This document shows, in pieces, positions 36,525-49,560 of a stretch of DNA of 64,000 nucleotides (the first letter of the stretch is position 1; the number at the start of each line of letters is the position of its first letter). Under the pieces are notes generated by a model. That model saw only the letters and a list, made by a program, of their open reading frames with translations, was not told the DNA's origin and did not search any database. The stretch comes from Octopus bimaculoides (lineage: Eukaryota): assembly GCF_001194135.2 (NCBI RefSeq), contig NC_068981.1, positions 106,898,205-106,962,204 of the forward strand. The letters are read 5' to 3'. The position numbers were made by a program, and so were the translations under genes.

Positions 36525-37799
36525 TACGAACAAATGTTTGATAAACCTGAAGTATGAAGGCTTAGTTGACTGTATTATAGAAACAGTCAACTGAGTCTAC
36601 AATCAAGGATGAATATTAATGAAACAAAAGAGAAAGTAAACTTCATTTTTCCACCCAAATCATCCTGCTAGAAATCACGTAGTTTTTATCTAACCAAGAC
36701 TTCATTGTGAAAATAGGAGTCAATCTTTATGAAAGAACTAGGTTCCATTATGCAATCTTAACATCATCTATTTGGTAATACAAAGGAAAAACTAGTGAGC
36801 GTTTGACTAAATAATTTCCCCTACTCATTTCTTGGGAATATAAAATTGCTTTGAACTACAAGTGATAATTGTTTTATGTGTAATTCTGTAAATATTATCA
36901 ATATTAAAAGGATACCAAATTAAAATAAAGAGACAACCAGCTGATTACTGATTTTGTAAATGGTTTTAGATGCAGATTTTTCAATTACAATTTTCACTCA
37001 AACTTCCCCCATATCAATTTACACATTAATTAGTAGTTTTAAATAAATGCTGAACTTTTAAAATACTGTGAAAATTTTATGTTCGAGCGAAGGTGAATTG
37101 ATTTCCAAAATTTAATATTTCAGTATTATGTGATTAATAAAGAATATTTATTGTCAGTTTCATATTGAGTAATCCTCATTATAGACAGGTGAAATATAGT
37201 GTAACTGGATGTATTTGATTAGTATATCACAACTCTATATACTTATGAGTTCGCCTCTGAAACCTAATATGGCAATAAATTATTTCCATATTCTTTACTT
37301 TTATTAGTCAAACACTACAGTACATAATAATGCATTGCAATTCATTTTCTGATATCATTTTCAAAAAATTACAACACACTCACTGAAGTTTATTATTAAA
37401 ATATATTTATAGGAATATTCTTCCCTTTTTCCCTCAATATTAGAAAAATCCTTTCAGGCGATGAATTTGGAGTGGGGGTTGGGTTGTGATAATTTTTTGA
37501 AGCTAGAATTATTTTTCTCATATCACACTGAATAGATTTATTAATATAGTAATTAATGGGTCAGTAGATAAATCATGCTAAATAAGTAATGAGTCCTTTT
37601 ATAGATTTCACAAAAATAAGTTGACTTTTAATATGATATCATTTTAGAGATAGATTTCAATGAAGGATTTATACATTTACAACAGCAGTAATGTTGACTC
37701 TTTGTGAATGCTTGTTACATCAATTAAAATATGTTGCAGTTCTGTTTGTATTAAACATGTAATATTCACAAGATCAATTTGTGAGAGTACAGATAGCTA

Positions 37800-39310
37800 T
37801 GTTCTGAGGTACAGAAACCTGGAGTATGTACTGTCAAGGTGACCATGAAGCTCTTTAATAATACAGGTTTTGATTTTGTAGAGAATCATGCTCTCATACA
37901 AGCCTTTAAGAAGTCCAACCTTGTTGACTTGAAGCACTTGAATACCAAATGTTTTGAAAGTGGTTACAGTCACTCCAAGCAAATCCCTTGTGTGTAAGAA
38001 TGTCTTGCTTACTGGCAGCAACATTGGATCCCAGGAACTTGAAGTCATTGACATTGAGCTGTGTACCATTCATCATTATTTAACGTCCACTTTCCATGCT
38101 GGCATGGGTTGGCAGGAGCTAGCTAAGCAGAAAACTGCACCATGCTTTGCTGTCTGTTTTGGTATGCTTTTTTTGGCTGGATGCTTTTCATGAGGCACCA
38201 GCACTGGCAGGGTCACCAAGTAACTTGCAAGACAAAGATCCTTTGAGAGGGGATGTGGCATGGGAGGATGTTATCTTGTGCTAAATGAGGAAAGGTTAGA
38301 GTGTGACAGAGAGACAGAAACAGGTGTCTTGCTGTAGAGGAGGTACATGGTTACCTGGTGAGAGAGAGAAGTGATAAAGATTGAGGCCAGTAACAGGTGT
38401 GCTACTGTAGAGGAGATACATGATCAACCAGTCAGGGATAGAACAAGAAGAAGAGAGAGAGAGAGGAAGAAAGCAAGAAAAGAGCAGGAGAGAGATGGTG
38501 GCAAAGCATCAGAGCATGCTCACAAGTAACAGGGATCAGAATATAAATGGGATGGTAGAGAAGAGCCAAGGAGAGATAAGTGGTGGCAAAGTGGAAGGGC
38601 ATGACCTCAAGATGCAGGGTCAGAATATAAATGGTAGGATATTGCCAAGGTGCATGAGTAGGGAGTAGAAACTTCACATGAATGTAAGGAGTGTGGAGGT
38701 GGGGTATGCAGTGACTGGTAAACACCTGGGAATATAGAGGGGGTGAGGGACAACAGGGTAGCAATGATACAGTGAGCAGGGCAGTGAGGACAGGATTGGG
38801 GTGCAAGAGATAAGCATAGTGCATGAAAAGCGGAAATGTGAGGAAGAGGAGAGATGTAGTTTGGTTTGTTGGGGTAAGGTGTGGAAAACGTTTTATTATT
38901 ACATGTGGTTGGAACCCACAGTGCTTCTAGAACTCAGTTTCACTGGAACAAATAAACAGGTGTCATTCATCTTCACTGTATTCAGTCTTTGTTCTATTAA
39001 GAAACAGACTATCTTTGCCTCAGCTTTCTCAAAAGATGTTTGACATTTCTTGTTCATCATACAGCTAATGGACCTTGAGAGCAAGATCATCAGCATGTCA
39101 AAGTCCGAGCAATGCATTGCATGCTCTGCTAACATATTGTCCTGCATGATGAGACCTTTTTCTTGGATGAGATCAATATTTTACCAAAGGATGTAGTCCA
39201 TTGCACTCGCAAAGAGATGTACAGATGTACACAACATTGAAATTGAGGGTCTACCTAAGCTAACTGGGGATAGAGATTTATGCTAAAGCATCATTGCGGC
39301 CACTTGAAGA
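37800..39310 (-). mobile_element. RTE-like LINE family B RT fragment, split by an insertion
   Basis: 38950-39310: LFASAMDYIL...HADDLAL...LNRTKTEY. 37800-38068: DFKFLGS...KGFAWSDCN...IW...HLDSTYSRFL. The two pieces are collinear. Confidence 0.8.
38070..38890 (-). mobile_element. RTE-type 3' end (GA-rich variant) nested in the family B LINE
   Basis: CATCATTATTTAACGTCCAC tail, ACAGAAACAGGTGT repeats as at 29284, and a long purine-rich extension. Confidence 0.75.
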
Positions 39311-40715
39311 TGTACCAAGCAACTATTGGTTTCATATACTATCACCAGTACTGCACTGTCTATGACTAAGACATTTAGTCATCAACAGATAATTCATCTC
39401 CCTCTAAGTACACTATCAAATTCTTTCTTACTTGTTGTAAATGGAAAGCCTGGATTAAGTAAAAGACCTTTAATTCTTTAAAATTGTCCCCCTACCCCAC
39501 TCCTGCACAATCAGTGTTGCTTATAATTTTTGCTGAATTTATGTATGATATTTAATACTCTCTCTCTCTCTCTCTCTCTCATTGATTTTATTATTCAAAT
39601 CTATTCCCTGGTCCCCTTAAGTAATTTTCACTTAGTTCCTTTTCATTTTACACGTGTGCACACACACATACTAATGACACTGTTGTTTGGTTGGGAAAAC
39701 CAGTTGAATTACTGTTTTATGAAACAAATCGTTGATTAGGCAGAAATTCTTAAGAGTTGCACTGGTTATTTAAAACATTATGGAACTTTTTACTGAGCAT
39801 AAAAAAAAAAGAAAAATGTGTGGAATTAAACCTAATCATGATATAAAATGTTTAATATCAATAAACTATATGAAATGCAAAATAAATTTAATTCAATTAG
39901 CTAATGTAATGCATATTATTTAAAGTAGAAATAACTCCACTTCAATCGCTAATAATTATATAGATTGTAACACCTCAAATATAAACAAGATTTTGTTGAG
40001 GCAAAATAAATGTTTCAGTAAAGGTGGAGGAATGAAAAACTGCCCTGGAATTTGACTTCATTTTCAAATTGATATGGTAATTAAATTATTAAAATTATAT
40101 GTTGCATTACTTACTGCTAAAATTAATATTTTTTAACTAGTTTGCTTTCCCATTTGCAAGAAGAAAAAAAAACAAATCTTCAAAACAAATACCTTAATTT
40201 TAAATACATTTCATATCTCCCTTGTTTAATTGAAATTTATATATATAGCTCCAGCTGTTATGTTTTGTTTTCTACATCTTATCTATCAATAAATGCTGTT
40301 CATATTCTCATTTATTTCTGTATTTTGACAGTAAAAATATTCATACAGAAAATGTAATTTGCTTACACTTCCGTATAAAGTGGTAGGATTCTAAACTTCA
40401 GCAAGATACACACACACAGTTGTTCCTTGGTTTAAATGGCACTTATTTGCAGGATTATGTTCAATTATTATGTTGGGCAGAAGTGACAAAAACCTATATC
40501 GCCTCTGTTATCTATTATTACCTGCCTTGCACAGTTCACGTTTGACAAGATAGAAATGCAGGTTACCTACTCAAAGTTGGTCAAACATGTATGTTCTATA
40601 CACCCATTGGCGAAACAACCCCACTCCCTCCATAGTGTGTTTTTCAAGAAATTGCTGTGTGTGAAGTTGATTAAAGTGAGGGAAATAAGCACAGTTTCCC
40701 CCCTGTGTATATATA

Positions 40716-40760
40716 TCATCATCATCATCGTTTAACGTCCGCTTTCCATGCTAGCATGGT
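40716..40760 (-). mobile_element. RTE-A minimal 3' tail (~45 bp)
   Basis: (CAT)n CGTTTAACGTCCGCTTTCCATGCTAGCATGG, identical to 35190-35240. Confidence 0.85.
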
Positions 40761-40828
40761 ATATAAAATATATTTCGTTTTTGTATTTGGTTTGCAAGAT
40801 TCTTTATGTGAATTCGTGTGTTGAAGCA

Positions 40829-41650
40829 TATTTTATTGTGTAAATGGCAAGAGTCATTCTGTTTTAATTCCCTATTAACACACTCACCAGTTTGATTTCC
40901 ACTCATTTTTTTTCATAAAATTTTTGTTGCTTCTTGCAACCTCTTCAATAGTCATTGACTCTGTCCATTATCAGAGCTGTGTTCTTTTTATTTGTTTGTT
41001 TGTGCACATGTGTATACACGTATGCGTGTATGTGTATATATATATGCGTGTGTGTGTGTGTATGCATTTATATATGTATGCATATGTGTACATTTGTATG
41101 TATNNNNNNNNNNGTGTTTCAGTCTTCTTTTATGTATGTATGTATGTATGTGCTTGTCTGTATGTATTATCTATGTACCTATTTATCTACTTATCTATTA
41201 GTTTACTTACATATCCATTTACCTACTTATATATAAGTAGGTAAATGGATATATAAGTAAACTGATAGATAAGTACAAAGGTACACACAAAGATACATAC
41301 ATACACAAAATATGACTGAAACACATGACTATATACACACATGCACACTTCATACACACACACACACAGACGGAGACACAAACCCATACACATAGACACA
41401 CACAAGGAGACAGGTGTACACACATGCACGCATGCATACACACACACGTGTGTATAGACATGCACACTGATGTGCACTCAAACAAACAAACAGAAAGAAC
41501 ACAGCTCCGATAATGGACAGGGTTAACGACTATTGAAGAGGTTGCAAGAAGCAATGAAAATTTTAGAAAAAATGAGTGGAAATCAAACCAGTGAGTGTGT
41601 AATTAATAAGGCATTAAAACAGAATTACTCTCCCCAGACACAATATAATA
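40829..41650. repeat. Long imperfect palindrome or foldback element
   Basis: Arms 40829-41231 and 41232-41650 are reverse complements. The centre is a perfect palindrome ...CCATTTACCTACTTATA|TATAAGTAGGTAAATGG. Confidence 0.9.
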
Positions 41651-42030
41651 TATATGTGTGTGTGTGTACACACAATTTATTCATAGAATTTTCCTATGTA
41701 TGATTTATAATTCATTTCGCTGGAAGACACGTATGTCCGGAAGAGTGCAAAGGAAGTTATGACTGAAGCAAAAGGTGTTTATACAGTTATCCTCTTGAGA
41801 AAAGCAAAACCAGAATGCTAGCTTCTTAATAGTTGTTGGTGCACTCCTATCAAAACTACAGGAATTTCCACCAATCCTCTAACCAGGTGCTGCTAACTAG
41901 TCTTTGCTTTGGTCTTTATTGAATATGTCTTTTTTTTATCTCCAATTTCCATTTTCAAGTATAAATCATATATACTTATCACATTTTATGTTCAAAACAT
42001 TTTAAAATTCAAGTAATGCAAATAAAATTT

Positions 42031-42378
42031 AGCATAGGTATGGCTATTTGATAAGAAGTTTGCTTCCCGTTCTTATAGTACTGGGTTCAATCCCACTGTG
42101 TGACACCTTGGGCAAGTGTCTACTACTACAGTCGTAGACTGACCAAAGCCCTGTAAGTAGATTTAGTTGACAGAAACTGAAAGGAGCCTACTGTGTGTGT
42201 GTGTGTCTTTGTGGTTATCCCCACCACTGCTTGACAACCAGTGTTGGTTTGTTTATGTCTCTGTATCTTTGCAGTTCAGCATAAGAGTCTAAGTAGCATA
42301 GTCAATATGTTTGATTAAAACCTTTCAAGGCAGTGTCCCAGTATGGCCACAGTCTAATGACTAAAAGAAAAGATAAAG
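42031..42378 (+). mobile_element. tRNA-derived SINE S1
   Basis: GGGTTCAATCCCACTGTGTGACACCTTGGGCAAGTGTC...GAAACTGAAAGG...CAGTATGGCCACAGTC. Confidence 0.85.
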
Positions 42379-42666
42379 GACGTTGTTTTGTTATGGTTTT
42401 AATGATCAATTAACTGAAGCTTTTTTTTAAAAATATTTTTCATTATTTAAACACATTTTCCAGCTAAAATGGTTTCAATGAAAAAGAATAATAAAATGTC
42501 GAAAATTGCACTGTTATTTTAAAGTTATTTGATTGTAATCATTGGCTGATGTCATTATGTAATGGTTTGATCTCGGTAATCTGAGTCCACAACTTGTAAC
42601 CCTAACTCAATAAATTATGCTGTTTATGTTGATGTAAGAAACAGCTAATTCTACTGTTGCTGCTGC

Positions 42667-43538
42667 TAATAATAATAATAATGATAAAGGTTTCAAATTT
42701 TGGCACAAGGCCAGTAAGTTTGGGGGAGGGGGACTAATCATTTATATCAACCCAGTGCTCAACTGGTACTTTTAACTCAGAACATAAAGACAGACAAAAT
42801 GCCGCTGAGCGTTCTGCCCAATGTGCTAACAATTCTGCCAGCTCATTGCCTTAATAATGATAATAATAATAATCATAATAAAGGCACAAAGCCTGAAATT
42901 TTGTGGGAGGGGACCAGTTGATTACATTGATCCAATGTTCAACTGGTACTAACTTTATCAACTCCAAAAGGAGGAAATGCAAAGTCGATCTTGGCAGAAT
43001 TTGAACTGAGAACATAGATGAAATGCTGCTAAGCATTTTACCTGACATGCTCATGATTTTGCCAAATAATAATAATAAGAAGAATCCTTTCTACTATAGG
43101 CACAAGGCCAGGGGGTTGTGGTGGTGGGGCCTAGTTGATGACATCAACCCCATTGCTCAATTGGCATTTATTTTATTGACCTTGAAAGAATGAGAGGCAA
43201 AACTGACCTCAGCAAAATTTGATCTCAGAACATAAAGCTGGAAGAAATGACTAAGCATTTTGTCCAGCATGCTAAACAATTCTGCCCCCCTTTTTTTATA
43301 TATATTCTCTGCAATTTGGGCACAAAGCCTGAAATTTTGGGAAGGAATCAAGTCAATTACATCAGCCCCTGTGCTCAACTAAAGTTCATTTTATTGCCTT
43401 CCCCTTTCCACCTCCAAGAATGAAAGGTAAAATTAACTTTGGCAGGAATTGAACTCAGAATGTAAAGAAATGTAAGAAATAGAAATACTGCTAAGCATTT
43501 TGTCCAGCATTGTAACAGTTCTGCCAGTTTGCTGCCTT
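42667..43538 (-). mobile_element. Head-to-tail array of four SINE S2 copies
   Basis: Units ~42667-42852, 42853-43064, 43065-43290 and 43310-43538. Each has GGCACAAGG/AAGCC...CTCAACTGG...CTCAGAAC...GCTAAGCATT. Units are separated by (AAT)n. Confidence 0.85.
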
Positions 43539-44904
43539 AATGATGATGATGATGATTATTATTTATTTCTTATTAACATTTTGTAATTATCATAATTATT
43601 TTAGGAGTAATGAAAATGCTTAAGACATTAGACAATAGGATACATTGTGGTCTTCCAATGAATTCAAATTCTACTGGAGTTGATTAGCCTTTTTGGTGCC
43701 TTCAAGGTCACTAAATTATTCAGTTGCTGGCATTTACTTTCTTTCTAAGTGAGATTGGCTATTTATCTAAGAAACAATTGATTATCTTTGTATTCATTTC
43801 AGCACTCTATTTACTTTGCCTTTTTTCTTTCTTTTTGCATACCTGAGTGTTTTAATAGCACTTTGTACAACATACATGCTGTGCCTAGTATTTAGTGTAC
43901 ATTGAGTACATATATGTTAAACCTGGGAGTGAGTTACTTATTTCATTAGTCTTCTTTTATCATTCCTTACACTCCTATTATGATTGAAACTATTATTGTT
44001 GCATATCACTGCATTTCCAAATATTTGCATTTGTGTAGCTGTCATTCACTAGAAAGGATATGGCTTTCAGGAACCATCTGTTTTTCCCAAAAGCCCCTGA
44101 AACTAGTATCTAGGTAATTCTCATTTATTTCACTTGTCAGTGAGAAATGAAGTTTTCCATCACATACTTGCTATATTATTTTCTGTAAAATTCAATGTTT
44201 GTACCAATCTGCCTGTCCATCTCCACACACACACACACATTTTGTCATGGGTTCTGAAATGCTCAGTTTCTAGTATTTTCAACTTAGTCATGTCTATGTG
44301 TAATAAGTTTTGAATAAGAATTGACAACCAGAAATAATACATTGGAATGCATTGTTTTTCCATAAATCTGAAGTTTCTTATTTCCATTCTCTGGTTACAC
44401 TTTTGATAGTTTATCTCATTTCTAGGTTTTGCACTGTAATGAAAGCATCAATCAACCTAAGGTCTGAAACTGGATGAAACTTATTCTTTGCATCAGCTTT
44501 CATTTAACATACTGAGTACTGGACCTTGTAGAAGGTTTCTGCAATATTAATTTACCATAGGTATTTGAAATTTCAATTTCAATTAACCTCATCATTTTCC
44601 CCATAGAGTCTCTACCCTTCTCACAAATGCTAACTCTTTCAACTATTTTGCACCTTTTCATCTCCTTGAAGATGGAAAGAAGTTTATTGTTTCCATGTTT
44701 GCTACTTTGTGCACTAGTTTGTCATTATTCTTTAACAGATATATTTGTAATTACCCAGTAACTGTTTTATGGTAATTTTCTTTCTGTGTAAGACCTCTAT
44801 CTATCATGGTGTAAACACGAGACAATAGTCATATCAAAAGTAATTATTACTGTTACCCTTTTGAACATGATCTAAATTAGGGAAGAATATTATTATATTG
44901 GGAG

Positions 44905-45125
44905 GGGATTAGCAAAAACTTTGGAGCACTAGACAAAATGCCATGAAGTATTTCTTTCAGCTTAGTCCTTTATGTTCTGGGGGCAAATCCAGCCAAGATT
45001 AACCTTTTCTTTCATCCCTCTGGGTTAATAAAATGTGCCTGTCAAGTACTGAGGCAATTTTAATTCACTGACCCCTTATGTAAAATTCTAGCCTTGTGCC
45101 TATGTTAGAAACAACTATTATTGTT
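44905..45125 (+). mobile_element. Degenerate SINE S2
   Basis: TTTCATCCCTCTGGG...AAGTACTG...GCCTTGTGCC with an (ATT)n tail. Confidence 0.6.
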
Positions 45126-47915
45126 GTTTTTGTAGCAGTAGTAGCAGGAAATTTTTTTAATTTGCACAGACAGTAGTGAGTTGGATTTACAGTGTCTAAC
45201 ACAAAGTCCAACATTTGTAGTTCAAATTTTACTGGTATTATGACATCTTTTCATCTTGACAATGTTGATAAAACAAGTACTGTTAATACATATACAAAGG
45301 TTTATTCAGTCAACTGTAAAACTGGCCTTGCATCTTGTCAAAGAAAAAACAAAATTCTTTCCCCCTTCCAAGTACTCCACTCTTCACTCCATTTATGAAA
45401 GAATACCTGTAAATTTCTCTCTCTCTTTTTCTCTGTATATTTCTATTCCCTCCTCTCTCCCTACTCATATGTTTTGCTATTTGAATATATTTTTATTTAT
45501 TTTATTTTATCTATTTATTTATTGTAAATTTTACCATTATGCTATTGATTTTATCATGGGTAATAATGTATAGAATTGGAAAATCTATGTACTTCTGTGA
45601 ATCAAAATTTCATTGAAAATGTTGCTATTTCCCAATAAGCTCTATGATCAATAAAAAATGACAAGCAATTGAGACAATGTTATTGCCAGAATTTATATTA
45701 AACAACAGGTATTATAAAAATAAATGTAAAAAAATATTTGAAGTTCATTTAGTTTTCTTGGGTTTCATTGTTGTAATATTCATCTATTAAATATTCACTT
45801 AAACCATAAGAAAGATATTTCTAAATCCCAAACTTATGCATTAAACAATAGCTACTTGTGGTGTTCTTTGAATTATATATTAATTTGCTTGCTTTCTCTT
45901 CAATAATTGAAAACAGTTTTGTTATGATGATAAGTTACATTGCTATGTTTTAGTTAATGAAACAAAATTGCTTCTAAAATAATTTTCTCGATGTTTGGTC
46001 TCACTTTTGTTCTATCAAAATTGACATTTTACTGCGGTAGAATTATTCAATAATGGATCAATATTGAATGGTATTTCTCTTAAATTTTCTGACTAGATAC
46101 ATTTGATATTATTTGTATATCTTTAGTTTTTCAATGACTTATGTGGAAGTTGACTTTTTATCTTAGACAGGCTAAAGAATTTAGCCTAAAAGTCTTTTAA
46201 AACAAACTGCAAATGGGATGACCTTCTTTATAATTGAAATTTGGAACCATTCTGGTAGTTTAAAATATAATTTCTACTTATGGCAGATTGTGTGTGCATA
46301 TTAATTAATCAACAGATTAATTCCAAATACACATGATCTTATTATTCTTGAAAATGTAGTCAGTGTATAAAGGCAATGTTGATTTTTAATTAACATCATT
46401 GATTGGCAGATATAGCTGTCTGATATAAATTACTGATTATTCTTATCATTAAGTTTTACTTTGGATGTTTCATTTAAATCTTTCATTGATATACTCCTTT
46501 GGTGATGTGATCATGAATAAGCAGGAAAAAAACCTTTATTTAACATATCTGTATGGTCACATGAAGTTGCTTGCTGACCTCCCAAATGCTATGTAGCATC
46601 ATGATGGGACTGAATCGGGCAAAATCTAAGCTAGTTCAACTAGATGATTTGACACCTAATATTTTCAGTAGTACTCATGAAGAACCCTGGCTAGTTGCCT
46701 CATTCATCTCTTTTTATCCAATATGCTTTCTCACATCTCTTTGTAATGGTGCTGTTGTATTTTTCAGAATATGTGTTATAGAATGTAGATATTATAAACC
46801 CAAAAGGTCAACCTAACTTGAAATCAGGCTTGAATTTGTAATTTTTTTTCTCACTTGATTTCACAACACTAATGGAAATATCAATTAAAGTTGACATGAC
46901 ACCTAGTTGTCTTAACAGTATACAAGTCTTGTGTCTTTTAGCACTGTGAGAATTGATGGCATTTATATTACTTTCTTCTTTTTATTATCTTATCAGGAAA
47001 TTGAACCAGTTTTTCCTTCTTTCATTTCAATACATTCAGTGTTATTTCTCGACAATAGTCTCTTGTCATAATATTCATAATTTCATAAGGGATAACCCAT
47101 TTTCCATTTCCTATTTATCTCTTAGATACAGGTTTATCATTTTGTTGTAGTTCTGTTGTTATAATTATTAACTGGCTGTATGCTACACTAAGATACCATT
47201 AGAATTCTTTTTTTTTTTTATTGCTGTCATGATTTTGTAAAATTTACAGTTTAAAATCTAGACTTATTCCTTCTGAAAATTGATTATCTTTTCAACAGAT
47301 TTTACATATTTCATTCTTTTAGTTGCTTTTTTTTCATTTTTCTGATTTCTTTGTTCAATTTTTTAATCAATGCCTAATTTTCAACTAAGTTGTTCTTCAC
47401 ACATTCAGTGAACAAGAAAAGTGAGATAAAGAAAAATATGTTCATTTAAATAATAATTTCAGGTTTAGCACAGCTATGACCAACTTTTTCACTGGAGTTA
47501 ACTGAAAAATATCTACAACTTTTAAATCATGTAAACTGTATATATTTTTCATTGCCCATTTTGATTCTTAAAACTCTTTCTTGAAAATTCTCTTTTTCAC
47601 AATTGATGTTCATTGTATGCTGACTAATGTATTATAGTTTGGAGTGTTTGGTGAGATTTGTTTCAGTAGTTTAAAACATACCTTTTTTTTAAAAAAAATT
47701 TTTGCACTGTAAAATATTCTAATTTGGTTGCTGAGCTTCTCTTTGCTTCTTTGCTTTGTTATTTGAGTTTGTGACCATTCTTCTTATAAAGCAAAAACAT
47801 TTAAAAGAATTGCTTTTTTAAAATTAAGTCTTTAGAGTGTAAAGCATTAAGATTTAGTTCATCCTTTTCATAAAATTAAATTGATTTGGTCTCTCTCTTA
47901 TCTCCTCTTTGATAT

Positions 47916-48125
47916 ATGTGTGTGTGTGTGAGAGAGAGAGTGGATATGTGTGTTTACAAGTGTGCGAGTGAATGTATGTGTGTACATGTATGTGAGTGGG
48001 TGAGTGGGTGTGTGTACATGTGGATGTGTGGATGTGAGTGGATATGTGTATGTAGGAGGGGTGTACTTGTATGTGAGTGGGTACATGCGTGTGTATACAT
48101 GCATGTATGTGAGTGGATACATACA
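47916..48125. repeat. Degenerate (GT)n-derived low-complexity tract
   Basis: TGTGAGTGG/TGTGTACATG iterations. Confidence 0.85.
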
Positions 48126-48129
48126 TATA

Positions 48130-48545
48130 TTCTTTTACTTGTTTCACTCATTTGACTGTGACCAACAACCACTTGTCCCTGTTGGCATGGGTCAGGCAGA
48201 ATTCATTGAGGCAGAATTTTTATGGCCAGATGCCTTTCTTATACCCGACCCATCTTTCCAAGCAACATTTCCCCCTGGCCTGATGTATTTTTCCAAGCAA
48301 AGTTTCCCTGTGGCCTGATGTATTTTTCAAGGAAAACTGGAACTAACAACATCACTTGAATGATGACAATGCTCGTTTACAACCATCACATGATGTCAAG
48401 ACAAGGAGGACATATGGGCACACACACATATATATGACAAGCTTCTTACAGTTTTCATCTACCAAACCCATTTGTAAGGCTTTGGTCAGCTTGGGGCTAT
48501 GTTAGATGATGAACATGCTGTGCAGTGTGATTGAACTTGAAATGA
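48130..48545 (-). mobile_element. SINE S1 variant with an internal ~35-bp tandem duplication
   Basis: CTTTTACTTGTTTCA 3' end. TTCCAAGCAA...GGCCTGATGTATTTTT x2 at ~48256-48330. 5' half at 48435-48545. Confidence 0.65.
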
Positions 48546-49249
48546 TGTAGCTAGAAAGCATGCCTGCATTTATATCATCATCATCATCATCATATGTCCA
48601 CCTTCCATGCTGGTATGGGTGAGATATATATATATATATGAGACCAGCTACAGATGCACACACACATATTAATGTAAAAAAACACTATTTGATGAATGCA
48701 CACATGTGCATGCGTTAATAGAACCTTGGGTACATGCTGTGGGTTTGTATAAGTTTCTGAATGGGTATTAGGATTCACGTATTTCCTATCTTCAAAAACA
48801 AAGAAATTTTCATTGACTTTCAGCCATTTTGTTGCTTCATTGTAGGCCCAGATTTTCACATCTAGAATGTATAATGAGTGTGATGGTTACCTTATAACTA
48901 CTATGTATTTCTATAATGTACAGTACAAAGACCATTTCTCTCCAACAATTACTTACCCTATACTGACTATTGTTAACTCTCATATGTTTATTGATCTTGA
49001 TTTAAAATTTCATCATTATTGATTCCTTTTGTTTTACTTAGGGATAGGTGGGGTAAGTAAAGCTTAATAAGATATATGTATTTGCATAATTTACATGTGT
49101 GGATATGTTTGTGTACTAACATGATGCCAAGATGATACTCTTTTAGCATCCACATTTTAATGTTAGCTTTAGTTTGATGGATTGTTATTTAATATCAGTT
49201 TTCTGTTTTTCTTAGTCTTGTCTTCAGTATTTTACTGCACCTTTTTGCC

Positions 49250-49560
49250 TTGTACTCATCATCCAGTTACATTACATTCCCATACCAACACAGCTGTCTC
49301 TCCTGCATTAAGGATCTCTTCCAGTAAATTTGCATTACTTAGAAAGCAAACACTGGCTTGCCTCTTCAGGGCCAAAAATCTCTTCAATCTCAAACTACTA
49401 CTAACCCTCAATGAAACTCATATGAGACCTGCAATAGAGTACTGTTTCCACTTTGAGACATTTTAGTATTCTCAGTTCTCTTGCATGCACCTTTACTCTG
49501 CATATCCTATGGATCATATTCCACATGTATTTCTCCAACCTTTGTAAACCCTTGACATTC
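49250..49560 (+). mobile_element. CR1/L2-type LINE RT C-terminal fragment
   Basis: LACLFRAKNLF..KLLLTL...HMRPAIEYC (cf. LL.LY...IRP.LEYC). Confidence 0.7.

Noticed and set aside
40924-41554. Many overlapping ORFs rich in Y/I/C/V/H/T (also 9628, 10122, 25711, 47854-48318, 63812)
   Set aside because: They are translations of microsatellite or low-complexity DNA.
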